From: Candidatus Hydrogenedentota bacterium
GTDB taxonomy: Bacteria > UBA8481 > J006
Reading direction: 5' to 3'
Length of the DNA: 64,000 nucleotides
Assembly: GCA_003697085.1 (NCBI GenBank)
Contig: RFFU01000074.1
Span: 17,562 to 81,561 of the forward strand
In this document: one piece after another, positions 7,829 to 14,875 of the stretch
Position numbering within the stretch: the first letter of the stretch is position 1
Layout of the letters: every line of letters starts with the position of its first letter
Position numbers and translations under genes: made by a program
The notes under the pieces: generated by a model
Told to the model about the DNA's origin: nothing
Database searches by the model: none
The model's input: only the letters and a program-made list of their open reading frames with translations

Positions 7829-8515
7829 ATGGCGGAAAAGGAAGACGGGAAGGCAAAAGCCGACAAAGAGAAGGAACCGGAAAGAAAACCGGAGGAACCC
7901 CTTTCGGAGGAGGAGATGAAGGATGTGGCGGGAGGGTTTATTCCCACTCCGGCCACTTTCGGGAATCCCCTTTCGTCCCGGATGGCGTCGAGATTGCGTC
8001 GGCGCGGCGCGGTCGGTCCGGTCGATCCCGAGGAGGCGGTCTCACGCGGTCCGGTCGATCCCGAACAAAGCCGGCGTCCCGACGATCCGAAACACCCGTG
8101 GCACCTTTGCTTCGGCCCGGAGACGCTGGTTCCAACGCGGAAGGGCTATCAGCCTATTTCTGGGATCGCAGTCGGTGACGAGATCGTCAGTGTCACCTTC
8201 GACGGAACCTTGTTCGTCGATCGGGTCGAAAAGCTGGACGTTCACCACGGGGAGATTTCCGTGATCGAACTTTCGTTGGACGACGACGTGATTCTCGTCA
8301 CTCCTGACCATAAGGTCTGGTCGGGCGAGAAATGGATCCGAGCCGCCGACTCGATCTATGTTTCCCGGACGAAGGTGGGAAGAATCGTTCCGGCGGTCTA
8401 TAACCTTCGAACCACCACGGGAACATACCTGGTCGGATACAGCGGACTGCTCGTTTCAGGTGGGCGGGTGGAAGACCTGCATTCCGAGGATCCGGTGGCG
8501 GAGGTTGCTCGGTAG
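7829..8515 (+). CDS. double-glycine leader precursor B fused to a Hint (Hedgehog/intein-like, BIL-type) domain (228 aa)
   Basis: Leader is MAEKEDGKAKADKEKEPERKPEEPLSEEEMKDVAGG, followed by a 57-aa Pro/Arg-rich segment. Cys94 then opens CFGPETLVPT..G..VGDEIVSV, followed by LVTPDHKVW (TxxH) and VYNLRTTTGTYLVGYSGLLVS. The ORF track starts at GTG 7820; ATG 7829 aligns with precursor A. Confidence 0.8.
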   Translation: MAEKEDGKAKADKEKEPERKPEEPLSEEEMKDVAGGFIPTPATFGNPLSSRMASRLRRRGAVGPVDPEEAVSRGPVDPEQSRRPDDPKHPWHLCFGPETLVPTRKGYQPISGIAVGDEIVSVTFDGTLFVDRVEKLDVHHGEISVIELSLDDDVILVTPDHKVWSGEKWIRAADSIYVSRTKVGRIVPAVYNLRTTTGTYLVGYSGLLVSGGRVEDLHSEDPVAEVAR

Positions 8516-8549
8516 GAATGTCTTCACCTGACAATTCCTGAAGTTCCCG

Positions 8550-8590
8550 AAGGAGGGCGTGTTTTCGGAACCGTCCTCCTTTTCTTTTTT
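8550..8590 (+). terminator. rho-independent terminator after precursor B
   Basis: AAGGAGGGCG (8550-8559), a 12-nt loop, CGTCCTCCTT (8572-8581), then TTCTTTTTT. This is a 10-bp stem with one G-U pair and a U-tract. Confidence 0.7.
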
Positions 8591-8739
8591 GCCGTGCTCG
8601 CTCGATGTCTCCCAAACGTTTCACGCTTCGATTCGCTCTTCCCCCTACCGTTCTGTATCTTCCGAGCGTTCCATCGTTTCTTAGTCCGCGCTCCCCCCTT
8701 TCCGGCGCGGGACGGCGCGTAAATGGCGGGTGGCGGGTT

Positions 8740-10986
8740 TTACCCTTGTTGGAACGGTTCCCCCGGCGCTGCCTCCGCCATACGCTCGAGAAAATAGACC
8801 GCCGGGCCGTCGTAGGGAAGTCGTCGTGCGACCTCGGTGATCGATTCCTTGGCACGGGCGACGTCCTTTTCGCGGTAGGCTCGAACGCCCTTCTCCCACG
8901 TTTCCATAACCTCCAGGTAACTCTTCGGGAGCCGTGCGGTTTCATCCACAAGTTCGTAAACATCCAACGCGGCTTTCTGTCCCCGAAGCCGAAAGACTCC
9001 GACGGTACGGAAATAGAACCGGTTTGGAGCGCACTTTTCGACCTCTTGCTTCGTCTCTCCGGACGTCAGGATTGTCGTGCCGAGATCGCGGTTGAGACTT
9101 TCGAGCCGCGAGGCGATATTGACCGTCGTGCCGATGACCGTGTAATCGAAGATCGTTTCGGAACCGAGGTTTCCGGCCACGACTTCGCCTGTATGGATTC
9201 CGATTCGAATGCCGAGATTTGGCCACACTCCGCTGGCCCACGTCTGGGCCAGCTCCGCCACCGCCCGCCGCTTTTCCAGGGCGCAGGAACAGGCGAGCAC
9301 GGCGTGCTTCTCCTGGTGAAGAGGGACGTTCCATTCGGCCATCACCGCGTCGCCGATCATCTTGTCGATCGTTCCGTCGAACGCGACGATCTTCTCGGTC
9401 ATCCTCGTGAAGTAGGTGTTGAGGAAGCGGACCAGATCTTCCGACGGCAACTCCATCGCCCACCGACTGAAGTGTTTGATATCCGAAAAGAGGACGGTCG
9501 CCGTCGTCTTTCGACCGACGAGTGTCAGCGCCGAGGGGTCCTTCAGGATCTCCCGCATTACGGAGGGGGCGACGTATTTCTGAAAGGCCAATCGCAGCCT
9601 CCGTTTCTCCTCGAACTGGTGATAGGTCCAGTCCGACAGGAGGAAGATGCTGGAGGCGAGCAAGGGAGCCGCGACCGGAAGAAGAAAGCCTTTGTTCATC
9701 AGTACTGCGGCGGCTCCCAGAAGAAGAACGCCACTTCCCGCCAAGGATGTCACTCCCCAAACCAGATTGCGGCGCATCCCCCACCATGCAAGAAACGCCG
9801 TGAGGACCGTAAGCAGCCAACCGAGCCACCTTGGAGGGAGCCGGAGGGAGGTGGGATCGAGCAGGGTTGCCGTGGCGTTTGCCAAAATCCGAGTGTAAGG
9901 AAGGGAAACGCCCAAGGGAGTCCGAATCCTCTTCCGAGCGGGACCGATCAAAACGATTCGCCCGGAAAAACGGTCCCGCGACAGCCGTTTCGGCGCGTTA
10001 TCGAAAGCCGCGTCGTGCCACAGGTCGGCGAAGGAAAGCGGTTCCCCTGGAAAGACCTCGAAACGTCCCGCCCGATCCTTTCGATTCCGTTTCGGGTTTC
10101 GGTAATAGTTGACCAGGATGGTTTCGTCCGCATTGGCGGCGCTTTGCTCCCCGAGATTCCGGAGGAGCGAACATCGTGCGCGCCCGTTTCCAGTAAACCC
10201 ACCGGAGTTGCCGGAGAGAGAAGCCGTCCAACCGGCGATCGCCAACGGCAGAGACGGGAAGAAAACGCCCTTGACCTGGAGCCAGAGTGGGAATCCCATC
10301 GTGGGGCGTTCCGGGCGCCGAAAAGCAAGGAAGCCGATCTCCGTTTTCGGAGTCGATACGCGGGACGAGGGAAAAGAGACGCTCGGAACGGAAAGAATTT
10401 TCTTCGGGGGGGTGGAAAAGGAACAGGCGGCCGCGTCGAGTACGGCGGCTTGTTGCCGGTTTGAATTCGCGAAGCCCGAGTCGATTCGGAGAGGCAGGAT
10501 GTTGGGGATTCGATCGAGCGCACTTCGAAAGGAGGCATCCTGTTCTCGGGAGAAGAGGACGGGAAATTCCGCCACGAAGGTTTCGAGTTGGCTCTCTTGT
10601 TCGGCGAGGTGTTTTCGGAGCGCGTCACGGAAGATCGTTGAATTGAGTTTGACGGGAACTTCGTCCAGTACGAAGGGAATGTGGAACGCGACCCCCTGGG
10701 CCCCGTTCTCCGCGAGATATTCGACCACCTTCGCAAAAACACTTCTCGGCCAAGGAGGTTCTCCCATTTCGGGCTTCAGTCTTCGCAAACTTTCGTCATC
10801 GATTTCCACGACCGTGAGGGGCAACTCCGTGGTCGTTTCCCGGTAATGACGGCGTATCCGAAACGCGATGGTTTCTTCCTCGAGACCCTGAACGAGATAG
10901 AACGGGTCCAAGAGGACGAAGAGGACGATCACCGCGAGAAGAAGGGTGCTCGAGTGAGAGAAGTTCTTGACCGACCTAAGAATCAT
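8740..10986 (-). CDS. CHASE2 sensor domain-containing class III adenylate/guanylate cyclase
   Basis: N-terminus VVEIDDESLRRL...GEPPWPRSVFAKVVEYLAENGAQGVAF is CHASE2-like, followed by TM helices. C-terminus TATVLFSDIKHFS...KMIGDAVMA...GIHTGEVVAGNLG...YTVIGTTVNIASRLES is the class III cyclase catalytic core. Confidence 0.9.
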   Translation of the reverse strand: MILRSVKNFSHSSTLLLAVIVLFVLLDPFYLVQGLEEETIAFRIRRHYRETTTELPLTVVEIDDESLRRLKPEMGEPPWPRSVFAKVVEYLAENGAQGVAFHIPFVLDEVPVKLNSTIFRDALRKHLAEQESQLETFVAEFPVLFSREQDASFRSALDRIPNILPLRIDSGFANSNRQQAAVLDAAACSFSTPPKKILSVPSVSFPSSRVSTPKTEIGFLAFRRPERPTMGFPLWLQVKGVFFPSLPLAIAGWTASLSGNSGGFTGNGRARCSLLRNLGEQSAANADETILVNYYRNPKRNRKDRAGRFEVFPGEPLSFADLWHDAAFDNAPKRLSRDRFSGRIVLIGPARKRIRTPLGVSLPYTRILANATATLLDPTSLRLPPRWLGWLLTVLTAFLAWWGMRRNLVWGVTSLAGSGVLLLGAAAVLMNKGFLLPVAAPLLASSIFLLSDWTYHQFEEKRRLRLAFQKYVAPSVMREILKDPSALTLVGRKTTATVLFSDIKHFSRWAMELPSEDLVRFLNTYFTRMTEKIVAFDGTIDKMIGDAVMAEWNVPLHQEKHAVLACSCALEKRRAVAELAQTWASGVWPNLGIRIGIHTGEVVAGNLGSETIFDYTVIGTTVNIASRLESLNRDLGTTILTSGETKQEVEKCAPNRFYFRTVGVFRLRGQKAALDVYELVDETARLPKSYLEVMETWEKGVRAYREKDVARAKESITEVARRLPYDGPAVYFLERMAEAAPGEPFQQG

Positions 10987-11129
10987 CGTTCTTCCTTCCC
11001 GCCCGACTCGCGTTTTCGATCGCGTTCAAGGACGATTTCGATTCGGTATCCTAAACCACGAAGAAGGCTTTATTGGAGTGGAATTTCGAAGCGGAGGCGC
11101 TTCGCGACGATCCGCGAATCGAGCGTCCG

Positions 11130-11560
11130 TGCGTGGAGCGCGGATTCACCAGTCTGCGGATGGCCGAACCGCTCTGCACAGGTTGGAGAACCTGCGGCCC
11201 ATCCTTGCAGGCAAGATGCGTGCGCTCCGAGGGAGCGTAGACTCTCCAGTCTGCGAATTGCTAATTCGCCCTCCGTGGAAGGGGCTGGTTAGCGCTGGTG
11301 GGGGATTCCTCGTCGGCGTCGCTTCGCGCCGCCTCTCTCGGAATGACACAAGGGGGGAGCGAAGCGACACACTGTTGTCATCCCGAGTTCGCCTCAAGGC
11401 GAACGACGGATCTCCCCAACGCGGTATTCCGCATTGCGAACCGATCGGTGCCTGTGGGGGATTCCTCGGCGCTAATGCGCCTCGGACTGACAGGCCGATC
11501 CGGCTCCATGTTCGCCGTGTTACGGAGCGCGGAGACTCCTGTCTGCGAATTCAGCGATCC
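11130..11560. repeat. intergenic repeat island (modules E, C-inverted, A-inverted, A variants)
   Basis: Module E (GAGCGCGGAyTC.CCAGTCTGCG) at ~11136, 11232 and 11525. Module C inverted at 11179-11233. Module A inverted at 11300-11350. Module A variants at 11376-11417 and 11456-11492. Confidence 0.7.
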
Positions 11561-11718
11561 GTCGCTCGCCGCCGACCGCACCTGTGCATTCCCATTTTTT
11601 CTTTCATTCGCTCTTGAAAATCAATACCAATTGGATTAAACTATAATGCTCTCCTGTTGGAGATTTCGGAGAAGATCGAATTTGAGGAACCGTGGGAGGC
11701 GGGAAGGAGTTCGCGTGT

Positions 11719-12765
11719 ATGAGGTGGTTTTCGCGACGTCTTTTCTCTCTAGGAATGGCGGTTTCGGCTTTGTTTTTGGTGGCGGGAGCCGGGAATGCTT
11801 CCCTCTATTCCTCCAACGGTTTCTATAACGTTACCTTCAACAATCCAACAAACACGAAATATATCGACAAGAGAGCCTCGGATTTCATCGACGCGGCTCA
11901 GTCGTACTGTTACGTCGCGATCTACGCGCTGAATCGCCAGAGGATCGTGGACAGCCTGATCGAGCGTCACCAGGCCGGGGTGGACGTTCGCGTGGTGACC
12001 GAAGCCGATAACCGTAATCACCCCTCCTACAAGGCCGCTTATGATCAACTCGAGGCCGCCGGAATCGTCGTCAAAACCGATAACCGGTCCGCTCTGATGC
12101 ACCACAAGTTCATCGTGGTCGATGATAACGAGGTTCTGACGGGATCCTACAATTTTACCGATGAAGGAACGCAACAGAACAAGAACAATCTCTTGGTCAT
12201 CCACTCCTCGGGCGTCGCTTCGCGTTTCAAGGGAGAGTTCCTCGAGATGTGGGCGGGGAGGTTCGGCAACGCGAAGGCGGATTTCTCGGGGAGAAACACC
12301 GTCAGCGGCGCCACCGTGTACACGAAGTTCGGCCCGAAGGCGAATCTCCGCGCTTCCCTGCTCTACCATCTCAACACCGCCAACGTTTCCGTCTATTTCA
12401 ACATCTTCACCTTCACCGACCAGTCGATCGCGGACAAGTTGGTCGAACTCCACCAGCGCGGTGTTACCGTAAAAGGCACGATGGACGCCTACCAGGCCAC
12501 CGACCAGTATTCGCAGTATCAGTACCTCGTGGCGAACGGCCTGCCGATCAAGCGCGATGCATATGCGGGTTTGTTGCACGACAAATTCATCGCCATCGAC
12601 GCGGGAACCGCCAGCACACCGAAACTGATCACCGGTTCGGCGAACTGGACGGCCGCGGCCGACGAGGAGAACGACGAGGATATGTTGGTCATCTACGACT
12701 ACGACACCGTCGGAAGAAGTTACAAGGGAAACGCCGTTTACGTCTACAACTACAAGGCCTACTGA
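11719..12765 (+). CDS. secreted phospholipase D superfamily protein with two HKD motifs (PLD/Nuc-like)
   Basis: Signal-like N-terminus MRWFSRRLFSLGMAVSALFLVAGAGNA. HKD motifs are HHKFIVVDDNEVLTGSYNFT and LHDKFIAIDAGTASTPKLITGSANWT. Start moved to ATG 11719, with GGGAAGGAG 10 nt upstream. Confidence 0.85.
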   Translation: MRWFSRRLFSLGMAVSALFLVAGAGNASLYSSNGFYNVTFNNPTNTKYIDKRASDFIDAAQSYCYVAIYALNRQRIVDSLIERHQAGVDVRVVTEADNRNHPSYKAAYDQLEAAGIVVKTDNRSALMHHKFIVVDDNEVLTGSYNFTDEGTQQNKNNLLVIHSSGVASRFKGEFLEMWAGRFGNAKADFSGRNTVSGATVYTKFGPKANLRASLLYHLNTANVSVYFNIFTFTDQSIADKLVELHQRGVTVKGTMDAYQATDQYSQYQYLVANGLPIKRDAYAGLLHDKFIAIDAGTASTPKLITGSANWTAAADEENDEDMLVIYDYDTVGRSYKGNAVYVYNYKAY

Positions 12766-13007
12766 GTCGACACGACGAACCTGTATCCTGCGCTTTTTTG
12801 TGCGTATCGAAGAGGCGGACTCAACCCCCCGGTGGTTCGGCCGGCGGATTGGAAAACAAAAACTTTGAGCTGGTATCGCATCGCAGTATACTTTTTCTTG
12901 AATCACAAGGCAGAGGTGCCCGCGTGAAGGCAAAAACGGACGCGTATCCGTTGTAGCGACCGGACGGTGTCGTCCACCACGGCGTCATCGAACCCGATAA
13001 GGATCCT

Positions 13008-13286
13008 GTGGTGCGGGAGATCGTCGGCGAGGCGGCCAAGGTCGAGGGAATCGCCTGGGTCGTCCTTTTCGGTTCCCGCGGCCGGGGGGATCATAATCGC
13101 CGTTCGGATTATGATATCGCAATCTCGGCACCGTTGTTGTCCAGGCAAGATTGGACGTTCTTCGCCTCCCACCTTCGGGATACGGTCCGAACTCTCTGTT
13201 GTCTCGATTTGGTCCGTTGGGAAGATCCCCTCGATCCCGAATTGAGAAGAGAGATCGAACGAGGAATCCGGGTTTACGCGGCGTGA
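13008..13286 (+). CDS. MNT-type nucleotidyltransferase (antitoxin of a HEPN/MNT pair)
   Basis: LFGSRGRGDHNRRSDYDI matches the GSxxxG...SDxD minimal nucleotidyltransferase motif. The stop overlaps the next gene's start (GTGA at 13283-13286). Confidence 0.8.
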   Translation: MVREIVGEAAKVEGIAWVVLFGSRGRGDHNRRSDYDIAISAPLLSRQDWTFFASHLRDTVRTLCCLDLVRWEDPLDPELRREIERGIRVYAA

Positions 13287-13687
13287 ATCGCCTTTCGTCC
13301 TCGATCGAGAACCTGAAATTGGCCTTCGCCGCGCTCGAACGGTTGCTGAAAACCCCCGTCACAGAACCACGCGATCTTTCCGGTATCGTGAAGGATTTCG
13401 AGATCGTCTATGAATTGAGTTGGAAGACCTTGAAAAAATTCCTCGAAAGCGAGGGCCATTCCCCTCGTTCAGCCAGGGAAGCCTTCCTTTTGGCCTTTCA
13501 ACTCGGATACCTGGAGGATGATCGGGTCTGGGTCGAGATGATCGAAGACCGAAACCTCACGGGACACACTTATAATCAACCTTTTGCAGCCTCTTTGGTG
13601 AAGCGGATACGGGAGAAGTATCTCCCCGCTTTGGCGGGACTAAGGAATACGATCGTCTCAGAGAGGGAAAACCAGACCAATCGTTGA
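13283..13687 (+). CDS. HEPN domain / HI0074-family nucleotidyltransferase substrate-binding protein (toxin partner)
   Basis: GTG start overlaps the MNT stop. IEDRNLTGHTYN carries the R-x4-H HEPN motif. The ORF-track N-terminal extension (from 13151) is another reading of the MNT gene region. Confidence 0.8.
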   Translation: MNRLSSSIENLKLAFAALERLLKTPVTEPRDLSGIVKDFEIVYELSWKTLKKFLESEGHSPRSAREAFLLAFQLGYLEDDRVWVEMIEDRNLTGHTYNQPFAASLVKRIREKYLPALAGLRNTIVSERENQTNR

Positions 13688-13859
13688 ATCGCGTTACGAC
13701 TTCCGTCACCCGGCTTCGCAATCTTTCCATAATGACCAGCGATACCGAGTGATGACGAGAGGGAGAACGAGCGTTTGGATAGGCGGGAGGAATGGGATGC
13801 CCGGGCCGCCGCGTTTTCTTGGACGAATCAGCATCTCCCAAAAAGGAATCGACGAAGTC

Positions 13860-14138
13860 TCAACCCCCGTTCCCGAACCGCTGTGCCACAACCAGAAGGA
13901 GTTCTCGAAACCCACCGGGCCGCCGGACAAGCGCAGCCGGATCGGGCAACGACTTCGGCACTTTCGAACCGTCGGTGAAGCCTTGGAGGTAGAGATCCAG
14001 GAAGGAATCGACGAGCGACAATAACTCCTCGAATTGTCCGGGCCCGAGCCGCGAGGCCAGATCGTTCATCAACGTTTCGTCTTCGAGAATCGCCTCGTGA
14101 ACCCGCCGGCGAAAATGAGCCGTGTTTCTTACTGCCAT
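13860..14138 (-). CDS. hypothetical 92-aa helical protein (uncertain)
   Basis: MAVRNTAHFRRRVHEAILEDETLMNDLASRLGPGQFEELLSLVDSFLDLYLQGF... looks protein-like but has no motif I recognise. It ends in FGNGG-stop. Confidence 0.3.
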   Translation of the reverse strand: MAVRNTAHFRRRVHEAILEDETLMNDLASRLGPGQFEELLSLVDSFLDLYLQGFTDGSKVPKSLPDPAALVRRPGGFRELLLVVAQRFGNGG

Positions 14139-14315
14139 TCGATGACTCTATTCTCTCTGTTCCAACGATGCAATTCGATATGGCCGCGCGGGAACGAAGA
14201 AACGGCGAGGGTTTCGGGGCGCGCGGAGATTTGGAGCCGACCGGCCGGTGAAGCGCATAACATCCATTGTGATTTCGTGAAGAGCGGGGCGAACCGACGC
14301 CACCCGGCGCCCCCC

Positions 14316-14672
14316 TGTCCTTCCGAGGAGGCCGAAGGCCAACGAGGAATCCCCCGCGGGAGCGAAACCGGCCCCCTGGAAGTATGGCGAAAAACGGGCA
14401 CCGTTTGTCGGATCGTGTCCGTCCACTCCGGCGCGAAACCCCGCATGGGATCGGGACGGGCGAAAGGTGACCCTCTGCGAACCCGTTTTTGCAGGCAAGA
14501 TGCCTGCCTGTCGGCAGGCAGGCCCGCGCTCCCAGGACACGCTTCCCATTCCCTTTTCGTTTCCCTTCCCCATTCCCTTTTTTTTGCCCTTGCCTTTGCC
14601 CTTGCCCTTCCCGCGTGATACTCCGTGGAGGGGATTCCTCAATCGCCTTACGGCGATTTTCGGAATGATAAA
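14316..14672. repeat. intergenic repeat island upstream of the exporter operon (A variant, F-inverted, C-inverted, B-inverted, A-inverted)
   Basis: 14383-14480 is the reverse complement of 28430-28535 (module F). C inverted at 14485-14536. The C-rich complement of purine module B at 14542-14613. A inverted at 14628-14672. Confidence 0.75.
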
Positions 14673-14875
14673 AGACGCTGTCCTTCCGGGGATGCCGCAG
14701 TCCCGGTGAGGCATCCTCGATGAGGAGGGGCTGCCGACGGCTCGCTTCTCGTCCCCACCTGTCTTTGGGTCTGCGCCCCCGGCAGGAGACAGCCGGATGC
14801 CCCTCTGGATGGCTCACTATGTCCCCGTGTACTTCTGAAACTGTCAAAATGGAAGAATGACACCTTTTTCTTTGT

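Noticed and set aside
7829-8515. Whether the Hint domain is a true intein inserted in a host gene, or the release module of a polymorphic toxin.
   Set aside because: There is no C-extein (only 18 aa follow), no terminal His-Asn plus Cys/Ser/Thr, and no homing endonuclease insert. There is no downstream toxin domain or immunity gene. The N-terminal part is a GG-leader peptide rather than a housekeeping protein.
13860-14138. 92-aa ORF ending ...RFGNGG-stop just upstream of the exporter operon, considered as an NHLP/Nif11-like leader whose core was lost or lies beyond a recoded TGA.
   Set aside because: No recognisable NHLP/Nif11 leader similarity, and no LS..E...V.GG hydrophobic spacing before the GG. 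TGA is a functional stop throughout this window. The in-frame continuation is antisense to the HEPN gene. Kept only as a low-confidence hypothetical CDS.
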